DNA of 64,000 bases from Octopus sinensis (lineage: Eukaryota), in NCBI RefSeq assembly GCF_006345805.1, contig NC_043000.1:139190001-139254000 (forward strand), written 5' to 3'. Below, piece by piece: positions 25,626 through 39,240 of this stretch (the first letter of the stretch is position 1; the number at the start of each line of letters is the position of its first letter). Both the position numbers and the translations under genes were made by a program. The notes beneath the pieces are model-generated. The model searched no databases. It saw only the letters and a program-made list of their open reading frames with translations, and was not told the DNA's origin.

Positions 25626-26007
25626 CTTTTTTACTTGTTTCAGTCATTTGACTGCGGCCATGCTGGAGCACCACCTCTAATCGAGCAACTCGACCCCAGG
25701 ACTTATTCTTTGTAAGCCCAGTATCTATTCTATCAGTCTCTTTTGCCGAACCGCTAAGTTACGGGGACATAAACACACCAGCATCGGTTGTCAAGCAATG
25801 CTAGGGGGACAAACACAGACACAGGAACACACACACATATACATATATATATACGACGGGCTTCTTTCAGTTTCCGTCTACCAAATCCACTCACAAGGCT
25901 TTGGTCAGCCCGAGGCTGTAGTAGAAGACACTTGCTCAAGGTGCCACGCAGTGGGACTGAACCCGGAACCATGTGGTTCGTAAGCAAGCTACTTACCACA
26001 CAGCCAC
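25626..26007 (-). mobile_element. tRNA-derived SINE, family 1
   Basis: Reverse complement of 554-954. Confidence 0.9.
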
Positions 26008-26560
26008 ACATAGTTTTGAAGAAAACTTCTTATCCACATAGCTATGTCTGAGCAACAAAAAGGGAAAAATAATATTGTTAGACATGTGTTTTACATAGTT
26101 TATTAGAATCAAAGTATTACATAACAATAAATTACGTGACAAGAATTCAACATTCAGTTTTATATCAAATATGAGTAGTTGTGTGAATATCTTTTAGCAG
26201 TTAAGCACTTTGTAAATGTATTATTTATATCATGAGATGTGACTATTTTTTTAACACTTTTCACTGCAAAGCAGTTCTATCTCATATAGCATCCTTCATT
26301 ATAACTTGTTTTAAGTAAATGATCGTTAAATCCTACAATCTGTCTTTTTGTCTTTCTTCTTGTAAGCTTTACGTTTTGGTTTTATTCCTATTTTATTTCC
26401 TTACAGACCACTGGACTTTGATAATTTGTTTTGGAAATTTATTCTACAGTGATGAAGTGGTGGAATCATTTGAATATCAGACAAACTGCTATGTAGTATT
26501 TATTCTGGCCCTGCTCTCTGAGTTCAAATCTCATAGGGTGAACTTTGCCTTTCACCCTAT

Positions 26561-27010
26561 AATAGATTCCTTCCTCCGTTCCAGTAGTCTTGGGGGCTCT
26601 AGAACAGGTCATGAGCATTACCTTTCCTTCTGCTTAAAAGATAAAACAATTTAAATAAAACCAGACCAACTAAAATACCAATCAAAAGCAATGAATTAGT
26701 GGAACTGTAAGAACGTCAGTCCAGATGTTTTGCAGCTTTTGTTCCAGTTCTCTATGTTCAGAGTTCAAATCCCACCATTGCTTACTTAGGTGGTAGACTT
26801 GATCTCTCACCCAGCTTAGCACCACCACCTAGCATCTTGGGTGCCTCTTGCTGAATCAACCTTGTTGCAAGGATTTAAGTAAAGTTTCTGATTTGAGAAT
26901 AGATTCCTTCCTCCCTTCCAGTAGTCTTGGAGGCTCTAGAACAGGTCATGAGTATTACCTTTCCTTCTGCTTAAAAGATAAAACAATTTAAATAAAACCA
27001 GACCAACTAA
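26561..27010. repeat. Direct repeats of about 113 bp around a spacer of about 225 bp
   Basis: AATAGATTCCTTCCTCC...AAATAAAACCAGACCAACTAA at 26561-26673 and 26898-27010. Confidence 0.85.
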
Positions 27011-27401
27011 CCATACCTATAAAAATATACAAGTGCATGCAGACACATGCATGTTCACCTTCAAAATGCACTCCTTTCCACCATCACCTCCAAGGAATCT
27101 ATTTAGTTTCACCTCCATAAAAATAATTCTCAAACACACATACAAACAACATACTCTTTATCTCTTCCACACACCACACAACACCCTCTGTGTAAATTCA
27201 AGTGGAAATCAAGGTCTGTGCAGCAATATTCAATACCCAGTTTATCTTTCACATCCCTTCCTTGTACCCTGATCCTGTCACCATCTCCATTTTTTTCTGC
27301 CCCAGATCCTACCTCTTCAAATCATTATCTTCAACATTCAAACAACAATTACATACTGAAATTACACATTATTGCAGATTTATGCATTATTAACTTATTA
27401 A

Positions 27402-28031
27402 CTCTTTCCTTACTAGCCTGGCTGAAACCGGCTCTGGCTCTGAATACAAATGTCTTGTTTTCATAAGTTTTGAATTAAAATCTTCCACCAGGCGCAGGAG
27501 TGGCTGTGTGGTAAGTAGCTTGCTAACCAACCACATGGTTCCGGGTTCAGTCCCACTGCGTGGCATCTTGGGCAAGTGTCTTCTACTATAGCCCCGGGCT
27601 GACCAATGCCTTGTGAGTGGATTTGGTAGACGGAAACTGAAAGAAGCCTGTCGTATATATGTATATATATATATGTATGTGTGTATGTTTTTGTGTCTGT
27701 GTTTGTTCTCCTAGCATTGCTTGACAACCGATGCTGGTGTGTTTACGTCCCCGTCACTTCGGCAAAAAGAGACCAATAGAATAAGTACTGGGCTTCCAAA
27801 AAGAATAAGTCCCGGGGTCGAGTTGCTTGACTAAAGGTGGTGCTCCAGCATGGCCGCAGTCAAATGACTGAAACAAGTAAAAGAGTAAAGAGTAAAAGGG
27901 AGTAAACCTTAGTCACAATTTATGCTCCTAACACTAGCTGAATGATAACTAAGTTATTTTCCTAAATTCTTTGTTTTATTTAAAGTAATTGAAACACAGA
28001 GCATCTCAAAATAAATACAGTAACAAAAGGG
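27402..28031. mobile_element. piggyBac-like MITE interrupted by a SINE
   Basis: TTAA|CTCTTTCCTTACT ... AGTAACAAAAGGG|TTAA, i.e. a TTAA TSD with CCCTTT-type TIR. Confidence 0.6.
27491..27904 (+). mobile_element. tRNA-derived SINE, family 1
   Basis: Colinear with 554-954. Confidence 0.9.
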
Positions 28032-28452
28032 TTAAATTACCAGTTTTTAGTTGAGCTCACTCTGTACATCACTCATAGACATCAACTCTGACTCAAAAGC
28101 CCAGTTTGCCTTTCACTGGAGTTTTTGGTGCTACAGACTTGGACTAACTGCACAGTTTGCCAGCCCTCATGCAGGATGCTTTTATGAGACACCACTAATG
28201 TAGATGACTATTAGCTCTCAGTAAGCTCATCAGATCCATTCAGGAAATTCTTGCTACTGGCACCATGTAACCCGGTTCTACCTGTTTCATGGTTAGGCAG
28301 TCAGTAACTAAACCAGTTTACCCCCACCTGGCTTGCCAGGTGAAGAAGGTGTCGTAGACACTCTTCGGAACAAAAACCAAAACCTGTGAAAGACAGATGA
28401 GCTCAGTGTGAGCCAACAGTCATCCACCTGGTGATATTTTAGTTGATATGAA

Positions 28453-28690
28453 GGCAGCGAGCAGGCAGAAATGTTAGCATGCTGGGCGAAATACTTTGCG
28501 GTATTTGGTCTGCCGTTACGTTCTGAGTTCAAATTCCACCAAGGTAGACTTTGCCTTTCATCCTTTCGGGGTCGATAAATTAAGTACCAGTTACATACTG
28601 GGGTCGATATAATCGATTTAATCCGACTGTCTGTCCTTGTTTGTCTCCTCTGTGTTTAGCCCCTTGTGGGTAGTAAAGGAATAGGTATTT
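28453..28690 (+). mobile_element. SINE family 2
   Basis: Colinear with 14216-14445. Confidence 0.88.
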
Positions 28691-28858
28691 TAGCTGATAG
28701 CACCAATAGAACAGTGAAATTAATGATTAAACATTACCAAATGCTACTTCAAATATTTCATGTGTTTCCCCACCTCCCAACCCTCCTGAATATCTGTCTA
28801 AAACCTTCCTCATAATGGTGAAAGGGCAATGAACGTTCCAATACTATATGCGCTATAA

Positions 28859-29075
28859 GGCGGAAACATTAGCGCGCCGGGCGACATGCGTAGCTGTATT
28901 TCGTCTACCGTTATGTTCTGAGTTCAAATTCCACCAAGGTCGACTTTGCCTTTCATCCTTTCGGGTCGATAAATTAAGTACCAGTTACGCACTGGGGTCG
29001 ATGTAATCGACTTAACCCGTTTGTCTGTCCATGTTTGTCCTCTCTGTGTTTAGTCCTTGTGGGTAGTAAAGAAAT
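28859..29075 (+). mobile_element. SINE family 2
   Basis: Colinear with 14216-14445. Confidence 0.88.
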
Positions 29076-29913
29076 ATATGCGTTAATTTACAGCAGATGG
29101 CAGGTGAAAGGAAGAATAGGTGTGGTAAAAGTAAGATATTTTGATAGCAGCAAACATTTGAAGAAATGTATCCAGGTATCTTAGCAAGCAGCGTAATTGT
29201 AATATTCTTTGGAGATTAAATATATCAAGAAGCTTAGTGGGGGATTTGATTGTGGTTCTATGTATTAGGGATGGTTGTATTGATTTCTAAACTCTATATG
29301 ATATCTAGAATTTTTACCTTTGGAAGAGTTTGTTCTTCAAACCAAATTTATTGGCAGTTGATATATTTATTTCTAGAATGTATCAAGTGAACAAGCAGTA
29401 ATTCCTGCTTCATGCTTAGATAACTGCCCAACCTCTCTCTGTAGAGTCATTTTCATGTTATTAAGGTATTACATAGTCCCATATCTATAAGTCTGTAAAC
29501 TTTGGCTTCATTGAATATACTTATGGTAGCTCAATCTCATCTCTTATCTAAATATTGAGACAAGCTGTTTATTTTTGTAACAGAAGGAATTGCTTTATAT
29601 TCTATCACCCAACAAGAATAACCACTACTCTGATTCTGCCCTCTGTTGCCCTCACTTAAAATATTTCAAAGTTTTATAAAACTATCATTGATAGTTGTCT
29701 TCTCCAACATGTTGAATTTCTCGTTTTTTTTCTCTCCTCACTCTTAGAATTCCATAGAGCCAAACTTAATATTTAATGTCACTCAGCAATTGTCCCTGAC
29801 TCTAGAGAGGTTTTATGAAAGAAAGATAACTGCACTTGATATCAACAATCTTTTGATAATACTTTGCACAAAGCTTTGCTGTTTAAATAGATTGACTTTG
29901 TATTTTATTCCTA

Positions 29914-30300
29914 GGTACAGGAGTGGCTGTGTGGTAAGTAGCTTGCTCACCAACCACATGGTTTCGGGTTCATTCCCACTGTGTGGCACCATGGGCAAGT
30001 GTCTTCTACTATAGCCTTGGGCCAATCAAAGCCTTGTGAGTGGATTTGGTAGATAGAAACTGAAAGAAGCCTGTCGTATATATGTACATATATATGTATG
30101 TGTGTATATGTTTGTGTGTCTTTGTTCCCCCAACATCGCTTGACAACCAATGTAACTTAGTGGTTCGGCAAAAGAGACCGATAAGTACTAGGCTTACAAA
30201 GAATAAGTCCTGAGGTCAATTTGGTCAACTAAAGGTGGTGCTCTAGCATGGCCGCAGTCAAATGACTGAAACAAGTAAAAGAGTAAAAGAGTAAAAGAGT
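29914..30300 (+). mobile_element. tRNA-derived SINE, family 1
   Basis: Colinear with 554-954. Confidence 0.88.
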
Positions 30301-30342
30301 AACCTAAATCTAAACTGGAAACTAAAAGTAAAAGGAACATAT

Positions 30343-30368
30343 GCACGAACTTTCCGGACAACCCAATA
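30343..30368. mobile_element. Solo mariner TIR
   Basis: GCACGAACTTTCCGGACAACCCAA-TA matches the TIR of 6447-7012 and 15986-16556. Confidence 0.7.
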
Positions 30369-31832
30369 TTAATGCTAATTTATTAATGCATTTGGGTAAG
30401 TCTATGTCTGTATTATCAGACAATTGCAAAAGAATGTTTTAAAAAATTAAAAACTGCAAAACTCCAGTACAAATTCTTCATGATTCAAAACATTGGTTAC
30501 TTTTTACTCAACCTGACATAAAGTTCAAGTGGTTTGTTGTATTTGCAGTTAATAAACTTGTATGATCCAGCATTAAAAATTCCCTCCCAACAAAAGGGGA
30601 GCAATAAACTTAAATGATGTTAGCATATTAAATACTAAAACACTGAATGGGGAAAATGAGAAAATTTTAATTAGCCAAGTCTTTATTTGCACTAATGAGA
30701 AATAAACATTGGATCAATAACTAAATCTCTCCCAGAAAGGCAGGAGAGTAGCTACCAACACAAAATCTATATAAATCAAATGGGCTAACTTCAAATTCTC
30801 AATTACTAAAAAATAGATAAAACAGCCATTCTTAATTATTCTGGGAAATTTTAATTGAATGAATGGTAATTGTTATATTTCACGTCTGGATCAAATTTAT
30901 GGAGTGTCTATAAAAAAAGACAATTTAAAAATTTCTTTTACTAAATAAATCTAATTTGGTTTTAGCTGAGAGGATTAGCTGGAATTTGGTAGATAAGTCA
31001 AAGAAATTGTCTTTATAGTATTTAATGTTGTAAATGATATCACGCTAGCTAATATTAGTTTGTCTGAGATGTTGAGAAGTTTCTGTCTTTTATGAGATTC
31101 TATGTCTGTTTTGTTGTGTATATTCTCACTTCTTTACTTCTTACTTTTACAAAATAAAAGTTATATTTTCCACTGTTGTTTCTTATATGGCTATTATCAA
31201 AGAGGCTAGCTTAGAGTTTTAATGAATAAATAAATAAAGCCACATGGGTCCTAAAGATATATGCTAATCTACTACAATGTGCGAATGTACATACATAGAT
31301 GTATGTATACAAATATTTTCATTTATATGCAGACATTTACCCACCAACATTTTCATTCATTCACTAACACCCCCCCCTAATACACACACATACACAGAAG
31401 ATAGATTCTATTGGCCAGAGTATCAAACTTTTAGTATGAATTTAATATCCTAGTTCTTGCTTGTACACAGATGCACACATGTATATATATGAAAATTTAT
31501 ACACATAGTATGATATACAGATATGTATGTACATATATTTATTAGCATCCAGTATGACATGTGCGCACTTATATATTTCCCAAGATACGTATGGCTATGT
31601 ATATTCATAAGAATGCAATGCTGGTTTATGTTTGTGAAAGTCAATCTATTGAAGAGAAGCAAGAGTACGAAATATTTATCTGTCTCTTTTTTATTGAAAT
31701 TACTGGCACTTGCAACAAGCTTATATGTATATATAGAAGAGTGTGTGTGCATTTGTGTGTGTGTATAAATATATATATATATACACACATACATATGCAT
31801 ATATTTGTACATATGTATATATATATACACAC

Positions 31833-31863
<31 letters not shown>

Positions 31864-32369
31864 CATTTGTGTGTGTATATATATATACACATACATATGC
31901 ATATATTTGTACATATGTATATATATATATATATATATACACACACATGAGTGTATTTGAAAACACACACACATATATATTATATATATATACATACACA
32001 CATACAAGTGTATATATAAATATATGCACATGCATACATGCAAATATATATAGATAAATACATATATATGTATATATGTGTGTGTGTGCATGTATATGTC
32101 TAAGTATGCATATACGTATGTGTGTTTATAAAGATATATACCTAATTTTATGTATCTCTACACTTTATCATTATTTTCCTTTGTTCTCTTCCAATATATA
32201 TTGGCTTTGATAGATGGTGGTTGTCACTCTGTCTGTCTATCTATCTATCTACCTATGTATATATATATATATATATATATAAATATCTTCCCATCTAAAC
32301 AAATATAAACACACAAACACACAGATATGTTGTGAATTCATTCCAAATCACTGTGAGTGTGTGTGTGTG

Positions 32370-32424
<55 letters not shown>

Positions 32425-33084
32425 TGTGCGTCCGTGCACCCTTGCATGTATGTTTGTGTTTGAATGGAGATTTGAAAACAGAGTCTGAAGAATATCCATT
32501 GATAACAAAGCCAGATGTTTATGACACTCTGGTAGAATGTTACAACAGCTGTGTTAATTTCTACAGTTATCTCATACAAAAGAATAAAGAAATAAAACCG
32601 AAAACAAACAATAATTTCAATAAATTGTTGAATAATTTGGCATTTCTACTCTTTCTTACGTATTTCCCTTCTTTTATAGATGCACACTAACAAATATCCA
32701 TACACACACATATATACATATGTGTATGTGTGTGTATGAATCATATATATATATGTGTGTGTGTGTGTGTATATATATAATTATATATATATATATAAAA
32801 TCATATATATATATAATCATTTATATATATATATAATCATTTATATATATATAATCATATATATATTGAGAGAGAGAGAGAGAGAGATAACAGTATCTTA
32901 GTATATTTATACATAGATATGTAGACACACACACACTCACTCAAGCACATATTTTGGGGCTGCCTTGTCTTCTGCTGTTTAAAGGGGCTTTACCCGTTTT
33001 CTTAAAATTCTTTCCCCAATATAGTCTTCTTGTTGTGCCTGATTTTCATATTTTGCATTTCTGTTATTTATGTAAATACGTAGT

Positions 33085-33119
<35 letters not shown>

Positions 33120-33562
33120 TTATACTTATTTTTATGTTTATCCATAAATATAATATCGTCAGTTTCAATAAATTTTCTTTCACTTCATTGGGTGCATCTA
33201 ATTTTTAAAACCTGATTTGCTTTCTCTTTCATTTATTTATTTGTTGAGCTTCTGGTTTGTGTTTTGGGACTTTTTTTTATGCTACAAGCACTTGGATCAA
33301 ACTGTCAAGAGTTCAAAATTAACTAAGTTTTTGTTGTTTACCTTGAAATCATCCTAGACAGAAAAATATAATTTATATGACTCTTAGTGACTTTGTGATT
33401 TATTTTGATTAATAATCAATATTCATCAATCAATTTAGTTGATTGATTACTTTCATAAGATGTATACTCAGAGTTTATTTCTTATAAATACTTAACTACT
33501 CTACTTCTGAAGTTTTTCAAATTTCCTGTGATATTTTTAAACAGAAAGGCATTGAATGGCAA

Positions 33563-33718
33563 TCATCATCATCATCATCATCATCATTATTATCATCATC
33601 GTTTAACGTCTGCTTTCAATGCTAGCATGGGTTGGACGATTTGACTGAGGACTTGCGAACCAGATGGATGCACCAGGTTCCAATCATGATTTGGCCGAGT
33701 TTCTACAGCTGGATGCCT
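33563..33718 (-). mobile_element. Short RTE 3' end with (GAT)n tail
   Basis: Reverse complement of the RTE terminal 3' UTR. Confidence 0.78.
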
Positions 33719-34017
33719 AAAATACTAAATGACATTTTGCTCACACCTTTGCTTTTGGTTTGGGTTCAGATCCACTCAGGTCACCTTTGGTTGTTATTCT
33801 TTCAAAGTGCATAAAGGCAAGTATTAATAGAACTCTGTGTATTCTTGAAAGAAGCGCTCCAGTATGGTCACAATTCAATTTGTGAATTCAGTAAAATATG
33901 AAATGTCATTTACATAGAAACAAAATGTTTTGTGGGGATACACTATTATGCTATAAGCCATTGATGTAGGAACTTAACTTCTTTCAACCATGATAGTTTA
34001 TGTATATATTAGTTAAA

Positions 34018-34315
34018 TGGGTGCATGGCTCAGTAGTTAACATGTCAGGCTCACAATCATGAGTTAGTGAGTTTGATGTCTGGACTGGGCTGTGTGTTGT
34101 GTTCTTGAGGAAGACACTTTACTTCACATTGCTCCAGTTCACTCAGCTGTAGAAATGAGTTGCTGATGCCAAGCTGTTTTAGCCTTTGCCCTTCCCTTGA
34201 ATAACATCAGTGGTGTGGTAAGCATTGGTGACTGCTGGTCTTCCACAAAACAACCTTGCCTGGACTTGTGCCTCAGAGGGGAACTTTCAGGACCAAATTG
34301 GGTCTTTACCCTAGT
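34018..34315 (+). mobile_element. Degenerate tRNA-derived SINE, family 3
   Basis: A box TGGCTCAGTAG, decayed B box GAGTTTGATGTC, then GTGTTGTGTTCTTGAGGAAGACACTT...CACTCAGCTGTAGAAATG (CORE-like central domain). Confidence 0.6.
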
Positions 34316-34625
34316 CAAATGGGGTTATTAGAAATAAATACAAGAGCTTTTAGCTGGGAATTTCAGGGTCTTATGGCCTAGTTTTAGGAGAGTTTTTTTT
34401 ATAAAATATAAAAAAAAATGTAAAAATCATGTGTATTGAAAATAGGAGTCATTTTGAACTAAAAGGCAAACACAAATGATGTTCACACATTTCTACTTTA
34501 AGGAGATATACACATAAACAGACACAAACACATATCCACTCAAATAAACGCATACACACATGCACACATATGTACGTACATACATACACACACACACATA
34601 TCATTATTTATGTTTCTTTTTTCAG

Positions 34626-34954
34626 AAATAGCTTGATATATTGATGAGCAGCCAATAGCATTGGAGGATATAACGGTAAAGGTTGTAGTTGAAAAAATGT
34701 TGGCTGACATGAAGAACTAGAAACCATATTGAAGAGTTACCTGTATCATGAGGATTCACCTTGGGTGTGACCACACCATGATTGCTGTTCAACACCCTTT
34801 GTACATTGTAAAGGGTGTATTGCAAGATGTGTGACATGAACAACCACAGAGGAAACTATGAAGCCATAGCCAGCAGGAAGAAGCGCAGCAAGGGACACAC
34901 ACAATTCATCCAATAACTTCAGGAACAGAGCCTTAGACTCAATTTATGACAGCA
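34626..34954 (+). other. Candidate host exon (5' UTR, possibly ending ATG ACA GCA)
   Basis: Strong acceptor TGTTTCTTTTTTCAG|A and donor GCA|GTAAGT bracket unique, non-repetitive sequence. No frame is open throughout. ATG at 34946 gives M-T-A before the donor. Confidence 0.4.
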
Positions 34955-35347
34955 GTAAGTGAAATATTTTAGTTTTACTTTAAGCTTGAAATCCGATCGG
35001 GTACGAAGTTGACCAACGTTATGGATTCATTATTTTTCTTTTGCTTACCTACAATATGGAGTGTTATTTCTCAGAGGTTTTAAGGTGGTGTTAGGAGCTT
35101 AAGAGTCTATTTCTAGCAGTGTGTGGTGAGGCATGAGGATGACCCCATGTTATAATTATGTATATAATTACAAAATGTTTTGCAAAATGTACCTATGAGG
35201 TTTATATTTCCACACTGACCACCTAGTAAAATTATTACTCATTTTACCCTATATTAATATATATATATATAATATATATATATATTATATATATATATAT
35301 ATATATAATATACATACATGCATATCTATACACACACACACATATAA

Positions 35348-35382
<35 letters not shown>

Positions 35383-35384
35383 AT

Positions 35385-35880
35385 ATTTTTATTGAAATAG
35401 AAAGATGAATTTTCTTGTTACAGATTATTCAAAAGTTTAACCGATACCTGGGTAGCAAAAATCACAGCAGAAAAAAGCACGGTTGGAGATAGGACCATTT
35501 GGTGTTGCAACCGTGCGTTGGTGCGGATAATTGAAGTTTAATATTATTAGTGAATGGAAGAAATGGAGTTGAACGAAGATTGTACAGAATTCCTTTTATT
35601 ACATTCTACACATGTTTCAAAGGCCACAATTTTCCAAATTCTGATCAAATAAGGATACCATATTGTAGCTTTCTCTTCAGGAAAAAACAGGAATTCCGTT
35701 GACAGAACAAAACAAAACAGAGGCACAGCAACGCAATTCGAACGAGGACGCTCCTTAAGAGCCCATGGCTGAACTCATGGCTGAACTCATGGCTGAAAAT
35801 TGTGGCCTTTGAAACATGTGTAGAATGTAATAAAAGGAATTCTGTACAATCTTCGTTCAACTCCATTTCTTCCATTCACT

Positions 35881-35888
<8 letters not shown>
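35385..35888. repeat. (TA)n-flanked cassette with a perfect 94-bp inverted repeat
   Basis: 35541-35634 is the exact reverse complement of 35795-35888. The 160-bp spacer contains about three copies of CATGGCTGAACT. Confidence 0.92.
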
Positions 35889-35931
<43 letters not shown>

Positions 35932-36777
35932 TACATACATACATATATATATACATATATATACATAGACACACACATGCACATACGCACACACACACAC
36001 ATGTATGTATAATCCATAATCATTAGTCTGACAAAGTATATTTTGCCAAACTAACAATCATAATTTACATATTTTATTTATTCTCAGACTTATCTTTGAG
36101 TACTTTATTCTTAGTGACCAGACATTTCTTCCTCTGACCTTCTCACCCCTGGAAGATATATATGTAAATATATACTATGTATATGTGTGTGTGTACACAG
36201 ACACATACACATATATATATATAGAGAGAGAGACAGACAGACAGACAGATAGATAGACAGATATATACACACATGAATATATATACTTATATATACATGT
36301 ATACACACACACATATATTATTGTATACACACTCATATTTATGCATACACAGACACACACACATATTCTACACACTGTCATTTGCCATAATATATGACTT
36401 AAATATATAAATACATATATACATACATGTGTGTGTGTGTGTGCGTGCATGTGTGTGTGTGTATTGTTATTTATGACTATGGTATTATAATTGATTTAAA
36501 AATTTTCATTGATTGTGTGAACTTTGTGTGCAATGTACATTACACTGGTTGCCTGATGATAACAACTTTAAAATACGTGTCTCTAACACTTCACATTTCA
36601 ATGATCAGTGTTAGCTGTGAAATCAATTATTTTGAGAGGTGAAGCTAGTAACGACTTAGAGTCTACAGTTTTATCAAGATAGAGGCTGGGAGATGTCTAA
36701 AGAACAACTGTCTTTGTCTGCATCACAAAGATTCTCCCCTTCTTCATCATCTCTGAGTGTATTTTCATGTATGTATC

Positions 36778-37497
36778 AGCATCATCATCACCATCATTGT
36801 TTAACATCTGCTTTCTATGCTAGCATGGGTTGGACGATTTGACTGAGGCCTGGCGAACCTGATGGCTGCACCAGGCTTCAATTTCTACAGCTGGATGCTC
36901 TTCCTAACACCAACCACTCCAAGAGTGTAGTGGGTTTTTACGTACTGCCAGCATGAGGGCCAGTCAGGCGGCACTGGAAACAGCCACGCTCAAGTGGTAT
37001 TTTTACATGCCACCTGCACAGGTACCAGTCCAGCGGCACTGGAACAACCTCACTTGAATATTTTTCATATGCCACTGGCACAAGTGCCAGTAAGGCAATG
37101 CTGGTAACAATCATGTTTGAATGGTGCTTTTTATGTGCCACCGGCATGGGAGCCAGTCGGCTTCTCTGGCAACAATCATGCTCGGATGGTGCTCTTAGCA
37201 GTCCACTAGCACGGGTACCAGTCATCGAATTTGATTTTGATTTCATTTGCCTCAACAGGTCTTCACAAGCAGAATTTAGTGTCTAATGAAGGAAAGGTAC
37301 GCATAAGTGGGCTGGTTACACCCCTGCATAGGCCATGGGTTATGGTATCACTTGGCTTGATGGGTCTTCTCATACACTGCATATTTCCAATGGTCTTGGT
37401 CACTAGTCATTGACTCGGTGAGGCCTAATGTTCAAAGGTCATGCTTCACCACCTCATCCCAAGTCTTCCTGGGTTTACCTTTTCCGCAGGTTCCCTC
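36778..37497 (-). mobile_element. RTE-clade LINE 3' end, longest copy
   Basis: Minus strand from 37497 reads EGTCGKGKPRKTWDEVVKHDL*TLGLTESMTSDQDHWKYAV, the RTE ORF2 terminal motif GRPRKTW...D...W. Followed by the repeat-rich 3' UTR and (GAT)n tail. Confidence 0.85.
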
Positions 37498-37511
37498 ATA
37501 TATATATATGA

Positions 37512-38461
37512 TATCACTATCTCCAACACCTCTGTCTCCTTCCTCGACATTTCGGTTAGCATTCTTCACTCCACTCTTACCACCTCCATTCACTACAAAC
37601 ACACAGACTCACACTCATACCTCAACTTCTCTTCCTCCCACCCAGAACACACCAAGCTTTCCATCCCCTATTCCCAATTCCTCCGTCTACATAGGCTCTG
37701 TAGTGACGACCATGACTTTGAGACTCAGTCTCAATGTATGGCTCACCACTTCACCCTACGTGGATACCCCCTCACCACTATCCACACCGCCCTTGCCAGA
37801 GCATGGTCTGTGGACCGTGTATCTGCTCTCTCTCCCCGAACCCGCCCTGTAGTCTCCCGCCTCCCTTTTCCCCTCACTTACCACCCCCACGACCCTACGT
37901 CTCCAACGCACCATTCTTCGAGCTTTCCGTCATCTCCAGTCCGACCCGTCCACTTCACACCTCTTCCCTAACCGACCCCTCCCCTCTTTCAAACGAGCCC
38001 ACAACCTTCGAGACCTTTTGGTCCATAGCTCCTTCCCTGACCCTACCTCCCAACCCGGCTCGTTCCCCTGCTCCCGCCCACGTTGCCGCACTTGCCCTTA
38101 CCTCTCCAACACCACCCTCCTCACTAGCACCCACCATCGACTCTATCCCATCATCCACTCCTTCACTTGCACCTCCAGCAATATTATCTATTGCATCTCT
38201 TGCTCTCTCTGCCATTCCTTGTACATCGGACAAACGGGACGCCGCTTGGCTGACCGGTTCGCGGAACACCTTCGTGACATCCACCTTGCGAACGACACAC
38301 CAGTCTCACGCCATTTCCGCTCCACCAGTCACTCCCTGCAACACCTATCTGTGTTCGGTTTGTCCTTACACAGAGGCCATCCGGATTCCCGTTTGGAATT
38401 AATCTTCTCTCTTCGCTCTTATATGCCATTTGGTCTCAACTCTCCCCCCCTCCTCATCTAA
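37512..38461 (+). pseudogene. PLE ORF remnant: RT thumb/C-terminus plus GIY-YIG endonuclease (Neptune-like)
   Basis: SVSFLDI..YKHTDSHSYLNFSSSHP..SIPYSQFLRLHRLCS..RGYP, one +1 frameshift in the C-run at about 37884-37888, then FKRAHNLRDLLVHS, CSRPRCRTC, NIIYCISC..C..LYIGQTGRRLADRFAEH, PVSRHF, PFGLN. Confidence 0.92.
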
Positions 38462-38724
38462 CCCCCCTCTCCCTCTCCTCACCTATCCTTCCCCCCGACC
38501 CCTACTTCTTCAGTCCTTCATCCTTTCACCCCTACTCCCCTTCCCTTCTTCCCTCTTTCTCCCTCCCTCCTTCCCTCTTCCCCTTCCCTCTGCTCCCTCA
38601 CTCCCCTTCTCTCTCACCCTCTCCCTCTTTCCTCCTTCCTCCCCCCTCCGCCTCCCCTTCCTTCTCCCCTCCCCCACTTCTCCTCACTACACCACACGAC
38701 TTTACACATCACATCATATATGAT

Positions 38725-39070
38725 GTGCCATACTAATACATACACCAACTAATACATACTAATACGAACTAATACATACTAATACATACTAATACATACA
38801 CCAACCCTATACATACACACGTCAGACCCCTCATACGCACTTATACTCTCTCATACACACACACACACACACTTATACATACTAATACGTACTAATACAT
38901 ACTAATACATACTAATACATACACCAACCCCATACATACGCACGTCCAGACCTATCCTACGCACTAATACTCTCTCATACACACACACACACCCTTATAC
39001 ATACTAATACATACTGATACATACACAAACCCTATACATACACACGTCCAGACTTCTCCTACGCACTAAT
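38725..39070. repeat. (CATACTAATA)n units inside about three copies of a roughly 118-bp tandem unit
   Basis: ACCAACCC.ATACATAC.CACGTC.AGAC recurs at about 38800, 38922 and 39025. Confidence 0.85.
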
Positions 39071-39240
39071 AGCTGGTCATTCAACCCTATTATCAACCCT
39101 ATTATCTCCCCTTATTTCGCTCTCGCGTCTCATGTTTGATCTTTGACCTCTGGCCGAAATCAGATCGCCATGTTGATTCGTTAGTTACTGCACACATTTT
39201 TTTTCTCTCCTTCTTTCTGTGTTTTTTTTCTCTCTGTGTA

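Noticed and set aside
29100-31100. Possible highly degenerate L1/Tx1-like ORF2 on the minus strand (also 24500-25250)
   Set aside because: Only faint motif echoes (LLGGNF, KVLSKRL). Not supportable without a profile search.
31450-32091. 213-aa ORF and similar Y/I/H/C-rich ORFs (10365-10816, 42881-43450, 60161-60783)
   Set aside because: Read-throughs of (TA)n/(CA)n microsatellites.
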